A stretch of DNA of 64,000 nucleotides, taken from the NCBI GenBank assembly GCA_963664875.1, contig OY761611.1, forward strand, positions 864,001-928,000. Reading direction: 5' to 3'. This DNA comes from Candidatus Kapaibacterium sp. Its GTDB lineage: Bacteria; Bacteroidota; Ignavibacteria; Kapaibacteriales; UBA2268. Below are positions 11,145 through 21,539 of the stretch, piece after piece. How positions within the stretch are numbered: position 1 is the stretch's first letter; each line of letters begins with the position of its first letter. Under the pieces are notes generated by a model. It was not told where the DNA came from. It ran no database searches and worked only from the letters and a program-made list of their open reading frames with translations. A program made the position numbers and the translations under genes.

Positions 11145-11180
11145 AAACCGATGTTAGAGATTTATCAAAACATCGGTTTT
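11145..11180. terminator. Intrinsic terminator between convergent genes
   Basis: AAACCGATGTT...AACATCGGTTT followed by T-run. Confidence 0.75.
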
Positions 11181-11990
11181 TTATTTTAGTTTCTTGACTT
11201 TGATCGCAATATTATAAGCTAAACAGCCATAAGATATTGCATAATCTGCATGACCTAATGCTTTAAAAGGCAAGTTAAACAAGTGATGCAGCTTACCTTT
11301 CAATGTAATACCGGACAGAACATCCATATTTAAAGCTATCGGCTCTAACAGTAATCCGGAGCGTTTTATGCGAACTATTTGATAATTACTGCCAAAGTCT
11401 GATTTATTCAACATTTCTTTAAGTTCAGCAAGATTGTAATGAAAGTGCTTTTCTTTATGTACCGGATTAAAAGTGCTCGGCAATTTACCTTCTTTTATAA
11501 GTCTAATTACTTTGTATAAAGATTTATACAGAGGTGATAAATATTTTTGAAGGTAATAACCGTAGTTATAAGGATCTAAAAAGCCAAATAAACTTTTGTG
11601 CGGGGTGCTAATAATTATCTCCCCCCCGGGTTTTAGCACTCTGTAAAGCTCAGAAAGTGATTTTACTTTGTCTTGAGTATGCTCCAAAACGTCAGTAAAT
11701 ACAATACTATCGAAGAAGTTATCTTCAAAACTCAGATTTTCTAAATAGTCCACTCTAAAGTCATGTTGAGGATAAAGAATTTTTGCCTGCTCAATATGCT
11801 CATTATTTATATCAATTCCGTATGTTTCATTCGATTTTTTTGCATAATGACAAGTCATATAGCCATAGCTGCAACCGGCATCCAAAATTCGATTGTTATT
11901 GTCATTTAACCACTCGAAGGCAAGTTTTGATCTGCCTTGCAATTTGTGTTCGACGAATACACTTTTTTTGTTTATCTTAGACTGAACCAT
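11181..11990 (-). CDS. Class I SAM-dependent methyltransferase
   Basis: ILDAGCSYG, FTDVLEH, RVLKPGGEIIISTP. Start likely ATG 11990. Confidence 0.88.
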   Translation of the reverse strand: MVQSKINKKSVFVEHKLQGRSKLAFEWLNDNNNRILDAGCSYGYMTCHYAKKSNETYGIDINNEHIEQAKILYPQHDFRVDYLENLSFEDNFFDSIVFTDVLEHTQDKVKSLSELYRVLKPGGEIIISTPHKSLFGFLDPYNYGYYLQKYLSPLYKSLYKVIRLIKEGKLPSTFNPVHKEKHFHYNLAELKEMLNKSDFGSNYQIVRIKRSGLLLEPIALNMDVLSGITLKGKLHHLFNLPFKALGHADYAISYGCLAYNIAIKVKKLK

Positions 11991-12054
11991 AATGTTCCAA
12001 AGTGATATAATATATTGCGACAAAAATACTATTTTTCTATGAAACATTGACACT

Positions 12055-13497
12055 ATGCTTACATTTTTATTTATCTTAGCCTTCTTCTCATATTTCACAA
12101 ACTCATGGCAGCTTTTTTCCGTAGCGGGTTACGGAGTGCCCTCTGTAGATATAGCACTGCTATTTATATACATTTATTTTATAAAAGAAATTGCCTGGAA
12201 TGGTACACCTTTAAAAATAAGATTGAATGCAGCAGTAGTTTTTTACTCTATTTTTATCATTGGTGTCATTATTTCCGGTTTTGGAGTGTTGTTGTCAAAT
12301 AATCCCATGATGATGACTCAGTTTATTAAGACTACACTTCATTTTCTTTTTCTTGCGTTTATAGCGTTCGTCAGTTTTTCTTATAAAATCGAAATGTCGT
12401 TATGGACAAAAGTCCTAAGGGCATGGCTCATTGCGTCAGTGTTTATAAACGTTTTTGGAGTCTATCAGATAGTTGCAAGAGCATTTGATTTGCCTTTTGC
12501 ATGGTTAGAGTATAACAACCTTAATATGCTTGGAAGAGGCAATTTATCAAGCATAGATGAAGTTTCTCAACTTAGTTTGAGATTTCAAAACTTTTACAGA
12601 GCAACATCTGTACTTCCCGAACCTTCAGCTCTCGCAGCTTTTAATGTGCTGATTCAGATTTTTATTATCGTCCCCTTTATGCAAAGAAGCAAACCATTTT
12701 TCAAATCAAAATTACTAACAGCAACTATATTCATCAGCTCTCTTATTGCTCTATTTCTTACATTCTCTTTGACAGGTGTACTTGGTTTGTTTTTGGTACT
12801 CGGATCTATATTTATATTTGAGAAAAGAATAAAGCTCAAGGCAGTACTGTCGATACTAACAGTGTCGGTAGTGCTTATTGTCATCACCGATTCCATTGTA
12901 GAATCTTATTCTGATATAAGCGTACTCAAATTATTTGGCAACCGTGTAACAGCTATTGTTTCCGAACGCGAAGGCAGAAAAGGCGGTATGTCAGGAGAAT
13001 CTTTCGGTACCAGAGTTGAATCCGCAGAGCAGAGTTTAGATATATGGTATAGACATCCATTGCTGGGTATCGGTATGGGATTAACTGATTTCGATAAGGA
13101 AGCTGAGATAGGGTTTGCAGATTTCGGCATTCTATCAGCATTTTCTGAGACAGGAATCGTTGGAGGCATATCCTTTTTAGGTCTTTTTGTAAGTTTTTTT
13201 ATTATATCATTCAAACTTATGAAATATCGACTGATAAATCATTTAGATGATGACGAAGACAGGTTATACGGATTAGCTTATTATGTAGTACTCCAACTTT
13301 TTCTTATAAATTTTATTGTAAGCAATAATATCGTAAATATGGCTCTCTGGTTGCCGGCAGCAATGATTTTTTCCATATTCAACAGCTACGGCGAAAAAAC
13401 CGATAATAAAGCATATATTATTCCGTGTTTAAAATCATCTATGAAGCTATCGATATTCTCATATTTAAATCGGGCATTAGTATCCAAAAATAAATAA
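12055..13497 (+). CDS. O-antigen ligase/polymerase-like (Wzy_C) membrane protein
   Basis: About 11-12 TM segments; RATSVLPEPS loop; HPLLGIGMG; ETGIVGG. Confidence 0.75.
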   Translation: MLTFLFILAFFSYFTNSWQLFSVAGYGVPSVDIALLFIYIYFIKEIAWNGTPLKIRLNAAVVFYSIFIIGVIISGFGVLLSNNPMMMTQFIKTTLHFLFLAFIAFVSFSYKIEMSLWTKVLRAWLIASVFINVFGVYQIVARAFDLPFAWLEYNNLNMLGRGNLSSIDEVSQLSLRFQNFYRATSVLPEPSALAAFNVLIQIFIIVPFMQRSKPFFKSKLLTATIFISSLIALFLTFSLTGVLGLFLVLGSIFIFEKRIKLKAVLSILTVSVVLIVITDSIVESYSDISVLKLFGNRVTAIVSEREGRKGGMSGESFGTRVESAEQSLDIWYRHPLLGIGMGLTDFDKEAEIGFADFGILSAFSETGIVGGISFLGLFVSFFIISFKLMKYRLINHLDDDEDRLYGLAYYVVLQLFLINFIVSNNIVNMALWLPAAMIFSIFNSYGEKTDNKAYIIPCLKSSMKLSIFSYLNRALVSKNK

Positions 13498-13511
13498 TAA
13501 AGATAATAGTT

Positions 13512-14291
13512 ATGGCAGATCTTTTTGCAACGTATAGTAAAAACATTACAACAATATTTTCTATCGGAGTCGAAGTACTGAATGGCTCAAGAGCTTTAAA
13601 AAATATTAGTTTAGACCTGAAATTGCTCGCAATCAATGGCATAGTTCAGGCAGCAAAAATTGGAACAAATCAAGGTCAATCTTTGATTACTCTTTCCGGA
13701 TTTTTGTCAGATTTACCTGTGCAGATTGCTCCTGAGCTAAAGGAACTTGAAGATATTTCAAGCAATCTCGCTGCCGAAATAACTTTGTCTTCGATTTATG
13801 TAAAGAAATTTCTACAATATACTATAACGCTTTCTAAGTATATTGATAACATACTGAAACCTCTTAAAACAAGTTACTCAGCTTCAGATTTTAATCTTCT
13901 AAATGTTCGCGAATTAGAAAGGTTACATAGGCATGAAGTCTTTACAAGAGTTACATCTAATCAACTTCAAACTCTTAGATATTTTGCAGATAACAATATT
14001 ATTGCCCTAAAAAAAATAAACGAAATGCTTTTTGATGGGCATACATCATTTATCCGTGCTAGAACTAAAATTGATAACATCACTCGCAACGGAGTAATTG
14101 CCAATTATATGGGTTCTAATATTTTGATAGAAGCATCTTACCTTACAGATAATCAACGAAGCTTCGAAGGCTTAGTAAATAATATTAAGCTTATCATAAA
14201 CACCTTGGATTCGAGTCTCTATACCATACAGGAAATGATAATCAAAGGTGATAATACATTGACTCAGATGATAAACCTTAGAAATTCATAA
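13512..14291 (+). CDS. Soluble, sensor-less chemoreceptor (MCP)-signalling-domain-like protein
   Basis: LKLLAINGIVQAAKIG resembles the MCP tip LLALNAAIEAARAG; a second tip-like motif GSNILIEASYLTDNQRSF; no TM segment. Confidence 0.6.
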   Translation: MADLFATYSKNITTIFSIGVEVLNGSRALKNISLDLKLLAINGIVQAAKIGTNQGQSLITLSGFLSDLPVQIAPELKELEDISSNLAAEITLSSIYVKKFLQYTITLSKYIDNILKPLKTSYSASDFNLLNVRELERLHRHEVFTRVTSNQLQTLRYFADNNIIALKKINEMLFDGHTSFIRARTKIDNITRNGVIANYMGSNILIEASYLTDNQRSFEGLVNNIKLIINTLDSSLYTIQEMIIKGDNTLTQMINLRNS

Positions 14292-14305
14292 ATTCGGATT
14301 TGAAC

Positions 14306-15100
14306 ATGAAAAGTGAAATTATTTTTGAGAAAGGCGACCATAAATGGGTTGTTCTTGGCAGAGACCCTTCAAAAAAAGAACAGGTCATCGATACCAATGA
14401 ATACATCATCATCAACGAAGGACAGGCGGTTCTTTTAGATCCGGGTGGAATTGAAATCTTTCCACAAGTTTTAGCAGAGATGACACGCCATATTTCTCCT
14501 AATCAGATTAAATCTATATTTGCAAGCCATCAAGACCCGGATATTGCGTCCTCTTTAGCTTTATGGACAGATTTGTGTCCTGATGTGAAAGTTTACTGCC
14601 CGTGGATTTGGACTGGATTTTTGTCTCACTTTGGCATGGGCAATACTCTCAAATTTACACCTATCCCGGATTATGGCATGGAGATTCCAATTGGCGACAC
14701 AAGACATTCTATATATTTTGTGCCGGCTCATTACTGCCACTCTTCAGGTAATTTTGCAGTATATGACCCAATTGCTGATATTTTATTTACAGGTGATATA
14801 GGTGCGGCTCTCTTGCCTCCTGACTATCCACTTTTTGTGGAGAATTTTGAAGAGCACATCAAGTATATGGATAAATTCCATATGCGTTGGATGCCTTCTA
14901 AAATTGCTCTACAAACTTTTGTAAGAAGGGCCAGAGCAATCAATCCTAATATTATAGCACCTCAGCATGGAGCTATATTCAAAGGCGAAAATGTAAATAA
15001 GTTCTTGAATTGGTTGGATAATATTGAAGTTGGAAGATGGGATTCGGGTGAAGAAGCCGTTGACATCAACAAAACAGTCTGGATGAAATGGAAAAAATAA
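14306..15100 (+). CDS. MBL-fold ODP-like oxygen-binding di-iron protein
   Basis: LLDPGG, SHQDPD, PAHYCH, FTGD and PQHG; flavodiiron-like beta-lactamase domain without a flavodoxin domain; next to an MCP-like gene. Confidence 0.78.
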   Translation: MKSEIIFEKGDHKWVVLGRDPSKKEQVIDTNEYIIINEGQAVLLDPGGIEIFPQVLAEMTRHISPNQIKSIFASHQDPDIASSLALWTDLCPDVKVYCPWIWTGFLSHFGMGNTLKFTPIPDYGMEIPIGDTRHSIYFVPAHYCHSSGNFAVYDPIADILFTGDIGAALLPPDYPLFVENFEEHIKYMDKFHMRWMPSKIALQTFVRRARAINPNIIAPQHGAIFKGENVNKFLNWLDNIEVGRWDSGEEAVDINKTVWMKWKK

Positions 15101-15115
15101 GTTCTATTTTTTAAG

Positions 15116-15153
15116 AAAAGAGAGGCTATAATTGATTTTATGCCTCTCTTTTT
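15116..15153. terminator. Bidirectional intrinsic terminator
   Basis: AAAAGAGAGGC...GCCTCTCTTTT. Confidence 0.75.
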
Positions 15154-15179
15154 GTATATATTTGAAATAATGTTTTGCT

Positions 15180-16820
15180 TTACATTCTTTCAGGAGCGGA
15201 AACTCCGAGTATTTTTAGTCCGTTAAGCAAAGCATTACGAGTAATATCTAAAAGCTTAATCCTTGCCTGCATCAAATCATTTTCGATACCCAAAATCCTA
15301 CACTCATGATAGAACAAATGGAAATCTGAAGCTAATTTTCTCAAGTAATCTGCAAGAATATGTGGTTCAAACTTGTTAGCTGCAGTCATAATTGATTTTT
15401 CAAACTGCATCAGTGTTTTAATCAAGTTGATTTCATTTTGATGAGTAAGCAACGTCAAGTCTGCTTTATTTTCAACACTAATTTCGTTTTCTTTCAACTT
15501 TTCGAATATTGAAGAGATTCTAGCATGTGCGTACTGAAGATAAAACACCGGATTTTTGTCGCTCTGTTCTTTAGCCAAAGACAAATCAAATTCTAAGTGA
15601 GTCTGAATGCCACGCATAAGTAAGAAAAATCTGACAACATCTTCCCCTACTTCATCTAAGAGCTCATCTAATGTATAAGATTTTCCGGTTCTTTTTGACA
15701 TCTTTACCTGCTGTCCATTTTCAGTAAGAGTAACAAACTGATGAAGCAGTACTTTGACTTTTTCAGGGTCATATCCTAATGCTTTTACACCTGACAGTAC
15801 ATCAGGCACAGTAGCTATATGATCAGCACCAAAAACATCAATCATCAAATCAAAGCCGCGTCTGAATTTTTCTCTGTGGTATGCTATATCAGGCAATCTA
15901 TATGTTGGCTCACCACTTGACTTAACAATAACTCTGTCGTCGTCCTGTCCAAGCTCTGAGAGCTTAAGCCAGAGTGCACCGTCTTTTTCGTAAGCAAGAT
16001 TATGTTCTTTAAAGTATTCTATGATTTCGTCTATCTTCCCCTCTTCATATAGAGAGTTCTCATTGTAATAAACATCTTGAATGATACTCATTCTATTGAG
16101 GGTTGCTTTAATTTTGGCAAAGCACCACTTTTCGCCCAACTCTTTAAAGAGCTTTAGATTTTCAGGGCTTGGCTCTTCATATCCTGCACCATAGTTATCA
16201 AAAAATTCCTGTGCTATGGTTTTGACATACTCACCATGATAAGCGTCCTCAAACATAGGAAAATCAGGATTATTAAGCTGCATATAACGAGCGTGGATGG
16301 ACTTCGCTAAATTATTCATCTGGTTGCCGGCATTATTGAAGTAATACTCTCTCGTTACTTCGTAGCCACACCATTCATACAAATTAGCAACGGTATCTCC
16401 TATACAGGCATTTCTTCCGTGTCCGAGATGCAACAATCCGGTAGGATTAGCACTTACATATTCCACGTTTACTTTTACGCCTTTGCCAATCTCTAACTTC
16501 CCGAAATTTTCTGCTTTGTTCAACATCTTTTCGAGTTGCACAGCAAAGAAATTATCTGAGAACTTAATATTTATAAAACCTGCTCCGGCAATAGAAACTT
16601 CCGTAATAACAGCATTATCATAGGATAGATTAGCGATTATTTCTTCAGCAATAGCACGCGGAGCTTTTTTTAGCAATCTGGCAAGCTGCATGGCAATATT
16701 GGAAGACAAATCGCCATGCTCTTTGTTTTTCGGAACTTCAAAAATAATTTCACCGTCAAAATCAACGCCTAATTTACTTAGAGCCGCTTGAAAAATAGGT
16801 AATGCGTATTCCTGATACAT
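15180..16820 (-). CDS. argS: Arginine--tRNA ligase
   Basis: VEYVSANPTGLLHLGHGR (HIGH), KMSKRTG, YLQYAHAR, C-terminal APERM. Confidence 0.97.
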   Translation of the reverse strand: MYQEYALPIFQAALSKLGVDFDGEIIFEVPKNKEHGDLSSNIAMQLARLLKKAPRAIAEEIIANLSYDNAVITEVSIAGAGFINIKFSDNFFAVQLEKMLNKAENFGKLEIGKGVKVNVEYVSANPTGLLHLGHGRNACIGDTVANLYEWCGYEVTREYYFNNAGNQMNNLAKSIHARYMQLNNPDFPMFEDAYHGEYVKTIAQEFFDNYGAGYEEPSPENLKLFKELGEKWCFAKIKATLNRMSIIQDVYYNENSLYEEGKIDEIIEYFKEHNLAYEKDGALWLKLSELGQDDDRVIVKSSGEPTYRLPDIAYHREKFRRGFDLMIDVFGADHIATVPDVLSGVKALGYDPEKVKVLLHQFVTLTENGQQVKMSKRTGKSYTLDELLDEVGEDVVRFFLLMRGIQTHLEFDLSLAKEQSDKNPVFYLQYAHARISSIFEKLKENEISVENKADLTLLTHQNEINLIKTLMQFEKSIMTAANKFEPHILADYLRKLASDFHLFYHECRILGIENDLMQARIKLLDITRNALLNGLKILGVSAPERM

Positions 16821-17261
16821 TTATTCTTCTTCCCAATCTCTATTGTTAAATATATAACTAATGTCGTCGAATTTTATCTTTTTAGGTTCGCCTTTTTCAT
16901 TGAGCTTATAGAATTTTCCATCAGCCCATAGCTTTTCGATAGCATAATAAGCACGTTTTTTATCAAGCATGATGTGCATCATCACATCAAAAAAGTCAAT
17001 GATGACCCATTCTGCATTGCTCAAACCTTCTTCACGAGGTTTATCTAAACCTATGTTTTTAGCTGTGCGGAGTACTGAGTCTGCTATGGCTCTGACTTGA
17101 ATATCAGAATCGCATGAGCATAGTACAAAAAAATCAGACGGAGTGGATTCGAGTGCAGATAAATCAAGCAACACTACATCTTTAGCAATCTTATCTTCTG
17201 CAAGTCTTGCACAAAATGTAGCTAATCCTTTAGAACTTCTGGGTTTTACAATTTTAGCCAA
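16821..17261 (-). CDS. rsfS: Ribosome silencing factor
   Basis: DFFVLCS..QVRAIAD, WVIIDFFDVMMHI, YAIEKLWAD. Confidence 0.93.
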   Translation of the reverse strand: MAKIVKPRSSKGLATFCARLAEDKIAKDVVLLDLSALESTPSDFFVLCSCDSDIQVRAIADSVLRTAKNIGLDKPREEGLSNAEWVIIDFFDVMMHIMLDKKRAYYAIEKLWADGKFYKLNEKGEPKKIKFDDISYIFNNRDWEEE

Positions 17262-17343
17262 AGTATTTCCGATATTTTACTTTAAGAACAACATAATTTG
17301 ACTTAGCAAAATAAGAATTAAATACAGAAGCTAAAAATAATAT

Positions 17344-17814
17344 TTATTTAAAGAGACTTAGGTTCTGATAGTCACTGCCAATAATTACTGTAGCGTGCAG
17401 ATAAACTTCCGGTTCCTGTGCTTCCACAATACAATTGTCTTCCAATCCAAGTGCATAAGCAAGTTTTCTTGCATTTTTATCGTCTGTGCTGCGATTTATT
17501 ACGACTGTTTTATCAAGTAACTCTTTAGCATTGCCTATTTCCACAACGTCAAATCCTTTTCCACGTAAAAATTCTTTAGTTTGTGCTGCTAACCCTTTTA
17601 CATCGCATGCATTCAATATATTTAGCTGCACAGTGCTTTCAAGAGCATATTTTTCGTAATCGTCATCAAGACTTGCACCGTCGGGTGAATAAATAACATT
17701 TCTAACAATAAAAGAGCTTAGCATTGTAATTACTACTATACCAAGTACTGACATCCAGAAAGTTTTCAAAATTTGTTCCGGAGAAAATCTGCTTAGCATT
17801 TCACGAAGATTCAT
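17344..17814 (-). CDS. LytR C-terminal domain membrane protein
   Basis: One TM helix, then ILNACDVKGLA..GFDVVEIGNA..VIIGSD (LytR_C). Confidence 0.82.
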   Translation of the reverse strand: MNLREMLSRFSPEQILKTFWMSVLGIVVITMLSSFIVRNVIYSPDGASLDDDYEKYALESTVQLNILNACDVKGLAAQTKEFLRGKGFDVVEIGNAKELLDKTVVINRSTDDKNARKLAYALGLEDNCIVEAQEPEVYLHATVIIGSDYQNLSLFK

Positions 17815-17881
17815 ATTATATTGTTCTTTAGTGTTATACATTGTTTCTTGAGATAATTATCTATCAAATACTGAGCCAATC

Positions 17882-19129
17882 ATGCAAGTTTTTAGAGCTT
17901 CTATTATAAATCCTACAAATTTTGAGTCCGCAGAGTATATAGCTGATGCAGGTATAGCTATTGATGAGGGTATCATCTTACAGTATGGAGAATTTAATTT
18001 TTTAAAAAAAATATATCCTAATGCAGACATTATAGATTATACTGATTATATCATTACTCCCGGCTTTATTGATTTGCATACTCATATCCCTCAATTTCCT
18101 GCAATAGGGCTTGGCAAAGGAAATCTGCTACCGTGGCTCAATCAAAACATTTTTCCTTTAGAGAAAAAATTTGAAAATTATGATTATGCCTTATCGCTCT
18201 CTGATTTCTTTTTTCAGAAGGCAATCTCTTGCGGCACAACAACCATAGTAGCTTACAGCTCCCTTCACAAAACAGGAACCCGAGCTGCAATTGATGCTGC
18301 CTACCACTCCGGAATCAATCTCTATATTGGAAAAGTGATGATGGATTTAGGTAATGATTTCTATAAACATACCACTGAGCAAAATGTAGAAGATACTTTA
18401 GAACTCATTGATTATGTAAATTCTCGCAATTCGAAGAATATCAATTATGTAGTTACACCACGATATGCAGGTTCTTGCTCTTTCGAGCTTCTCACAGCTG
18501 CTGCAGAAATTGCAAGTCAGCACAATCTTTTAATACAGACACATTTGGCAGAAAACACTTCAGAATTAGATTACGTTGCAAGCCTTCATCCAAATTGCAG
18601 TTCATACACTGATATTTATTTCAAATCAGGGATAATGGAATGTCAGCCATTACTGGCTCATTGCATATATTTAGATGAAGAATCTTTAGATATTATTAGT
18701 TCTACATCCTCTCCGATTGTCCACTGCCCATCTTCCAATAGGTATCTGATGAGTGGTAAAATGCAGTTCATGAAATATCATAATCTTGGGTTAGAAGTTG
18801 GATTGGGTACAGATGTCGCAGGAGGTTACAGTCTTTCCATGATTAACGAGATGCGTGAAGCAATAGAAAACTCGGGAGATTTGATTCAAGACAATAATTC
18901 AGGGCAAATACTTTCTGCTCATAATGCCTTCTATGCAGCTACTTTGGGAGCTGCTTCAATCCTAAATCGCAATGATATTGGCAAAATAGAGGCTAAGAAA
19001 AATGCTGATTTGGTTGTACATAAAGTATTTCGTAAAACCAACTCAGAATCTGATTTGTTACAAATCATATATGGAAATTCGGCAGTCAAATCTGTTTACA
19101 AAGACGGAATTCTAAAGTTTAGTCTTTAA
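17882..19129 (+). CDS. guaD: Guanine deaminase (amidohydrolase superfamily)
   Basis: PGFIDLHTHIPQ, TPRYA, QTHLAEN, AHCIYL, HCPSSN, GLGTDVAGG. Confidence 0.88.
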   Translation: MQVFRASIINPTNFESAEYIADAGIAIDEGIILQYGEFNFLKKIYPNADIIDYTDYIITPGFIDLHTHIPQFPAIGLGKGNLLPWLNQNIFPLEKKFENYDYALSLSDFFFQKAISCGTTTIVAYSSLHKTGTRAAIDAAYHSGINLYIGKVMMDLGNDFYKHTTEQNVEDTLELIDYVNSRNSKNINYVVTPRYAGSCSFELLTAAAEIASQHNLLIQTHLAENTSELDYVASLHPNCSSYTDIYFKSGIMECQPLLAHCIYLDEESLDIISSTSSPIVHCPSSNRYLMSGKMQFMKYHNLGLEVGLGTDVAGGYSLSMINEMREAIENSGDLIQDNNSGQILSAHNAFYAATLGAASILNRNDIGKIEAKKNADLVVHKVFRKTNSESDLLQIIYGNSAVKSVYKDGILKFSL

Positions 19130-19730
19130 ACAGATAAATCTTGTTTCTAAGTTCTTCTAATAAGAGCTTGCGTGCTCTGAACAGATGAGCTTTGACAGTA
19201 CCCAAAGGTAAATCTAATAATTCGGCTATATTTTTATAGTCCATTTCTTTTTCGTGTCGCAATTTGATAATCTCTCTGTAGTTTTCAGGTAAATTATCAA
19301 TAGCCTCTCTCAAGGCAGCCAGTTTTTCTTCGGACATGACCGAATCATCAGGCATATAGGTTTTATCCTCAATTTCGAAGAAATGATTATCTTCGCTATT
19401 GCCTATAGGCTTATCTATGGAAATAGTTGGAAATCTTTTTTTGCGTAAAAAATCTATACAGGTATTAGAAGCTATCCTATAGAGCCAAGCAGAAAAGGAA
19501 TAACCAAACTGGAAAGTCGAAAGTGCATTAAAAGCCTTAATAAAAGACTCTTGAGTCAAATCATCAACATCATCTTCGTTTTGCACCATCTTGCGTATCA
19601 GAGACGCAATAATTCTTTTGTATTTTTTTTGCAAAAAATCAAATGCAGCATGATTACCGTCTAAGACTTCTCTGATAGCCTGAAAGTCTTCTTCTTGGTT
19701 CTGTTTGTTAGGTTGAATTTTAGTTGACAT
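19119..19730 (-). CDS. ECF sigma-70 factor (RpoE/SigW-like)
   Basis: DDLTQESFIKAF, FSAWLYRIASNTCID, region 4 IAELLDLPLGTVKAHLFRAR. Confidence 0.93.
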   Translation of the reverse strand: MSTKIQPNKQNQEEDFQAIREVLDGNHAAFDFLQKKYKRIIASLIRKMVQNEDDVDDLTQESFIKAFNALSTFQFGYSFSAWLYRIASNTCIDFLRKKRFPTISIDKPIGNSEDNHFFEIEDKTYMPDDSVMSEEKLAALREAIDNLPENYREIIKLRHEKEMDYKNIAELLDLPLGTVKAHLFRARKLLLEELRNKIYLFKD

Positions 19731-19807
19731 ATTGTATTACTCAATTGCACATTGCGACTATACCAAATTTACTAACAATTAAATTTCCTTACAAACTGTA
19801 ATTTCAA

Positions 19808-21538
19808 TTATTGAATAATTGGCATAGTAATAACAAATTTAGAGCCTTCGGAATATTGTGGATCAACATAAATGGAGCCGCCGTGCAACTGCACTATATG
19901 TTTCACAATAGATAGCCCCAGCCCTGTTCCTCCCACCTTCCTTGAACGTGATTTGTCCACTCTGTAGAACCTTTCAAACACTCTGTCTTTATCTTCGTCG
20001 GGAATTCCGACGCCGGAATCTGCAATTTCGATAACAGCATTTTGGTCTAACTTAAATACTTTGAGATCAATTTTGCCTGATTCTGTATATTTGATTGCGT
20101 TATCTATCAGATTTACAAAGACCTGCTCAATTTTGAAATTATCTATCAACAATTCAGGGAAGTTTTCTTCTACAGACACATTAAACTTCAAATTCTTTTC
20201 TAATAATTTCGGATCAAAGATTTTTGAGACATTTTCAATTAACTTTCTTATATCAACATGGCTTTTCAGCAAAGTTTTGTTGACATTTTCAAGTTCGCTC
20301 AGCATCATTAAATCCTGAACTATGTTTATCAATCTATTTGTATGTCTTTTTATGATATCAACGTATCTTTTACCTGTTTCTTCGAGGACTTCATCTTCGA
20401 GAGTCTCTATAAATCCTTTTATTGCTGTCAAAGGAGTTCTAAGTTCATGCGAAACATTTGTAACAAAATCCTTTTTAAGCAATTCGAGTTCTTTTGCTTT
20501 TGTTACATCTCTAAGTAAAAACACAATCTCATTTTTAGATTCGATATAGTTAGCACTTACAGCAAAGAATTTTTTTTCTATTTGCAAATCCTTATGTATA
20601 GATTTCTTGTTATCTACAACCTCTCTAAATAATTTACCAAATTCTTCGCTGTCAATCACTTCCCAATAATATGTGTCTTTGCAATTTTTGCATGCAATCA
20701 TCTTTGAAAAAGAGTAATTGGAAAGTAAAATCTTACCTTTAATATCAAATACAGCTAAACCCTCGCTGATAGAGGCTATGATAGTATTTAGCTCTTCTTT
20801 TTGACTTGTTACTTTTGTGAATAGTTCTTTGATTTTTTGAGTCATAAAATTGAAATTGTCAGAAAGATCTTTTATTTCAGACTTCCCATGAAGAAAAACT
20901 TTGACATCAAAATCACCTGAAGCAACTTTCTGAGCAGCCATAGATATTTTTTGGAGCGGTTTGGTAATTGAACGAGTGAAAAATAATACAGCAAATAAAG
21001 TAAACAGTACAAAAATGGAAACCACTTCCAAAATTTCAAATAAAATATCTATGATTAGTGTATCAATCTCATTGGCATATAATGATACTCTGCTAAGTGC
21101 AATAATTTTACCTCTGTCTATTATCGGATGAGCTACATATAGCATCCTTTCTTTGACTGTAGTAGAATATCTTAGAGTAGTACCAAAATCTTTAGACAGG
21201 GCTTTTACTATTTCCGGACGGCTTTTGTGGTTTTCCATCATTAGCGGATTTTTTTCAGAATCAGCAATCACCTTCCCACTTGTATCAATCACAGTAATAC
21301 GTGTGTGGATTTTTTTGCCCAAATTTTTTACATAGTTGTCTAAATCCGAGTATTCTTGATTTTTAAGATACTGGAGTAAATTCGGATGAATAGTGTTATT
21401 TAAATTGATAAGCTGATTGGTCAGAGAATCCTGGTAATGAGTTTTGATTTTCTGATAAGAAAATAGTACTATAATAGCAGTCAGGCTAACTATTACCAAT
21501 AGATAGCCTGAAAAGATTTTTGAAGATAAGAGTTTCAT
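19808..21538 (-). CDS. phoR: Phosphate regulon sensor histidine kinase (HAMP, PAS, HisKA, HATPase)
   Basis: ENHKSRPE periplasmic motif, DFVTNVSHELRTPLT, NLIDNAIKY, FYRVDKSRSRKVGGTGLGL. Confidence 0.88.
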   Translation of the reverse strand: MKLLSSKIFSGYLLVIVSLTAIIVLFSYQKIKTHYQDSLTNQLINLNNTIHPNLLQYLKNQEYSDLDNYVKNLGKKIHTRITVIDTSGKVIADSEKNPLMMENHKSRPEIVKALSKDFGTTLRYSTTVKERMLYVAHPIIDRGKIIALSRVSLYANEIDTLIIDILFEILEVVSIFVLFTLFAVLFFTRSITKPLQKISMAAQKVASGDFDVKVFLHGKSEIKDLSDNFNFMTQKIKELFTKVTSQKEELNTIIASISEGLAVFDIKGKILLSNYSFSKMIACKNCKDTYYWEVIDSEEFGKLFREVVDNKKSIHKDLQIEKKFFAVSANYIESKNEIVFLLRDVTKAKELELLKKDFVTNVSHELRTPLTAIKGFIETLEDEVLEETGKRYVDIIKRHTNRLINIVQDLMMLSELENVNKTLLKSHVDIRKLIENVSKIFDPKLLEKNLKFNVSVEENFPELLIDNFKIEQVFVNLIDNAIKYTESGKIDLKVFKLDQNAVIEIADSGVGIPDEDKDRVFERFYRVDKSRSRKVGGTGLGLSIVKHIVQLHGGSIYVDPQYSEGSKFVITMPIIQ

Positions 21539-21539
21539 A

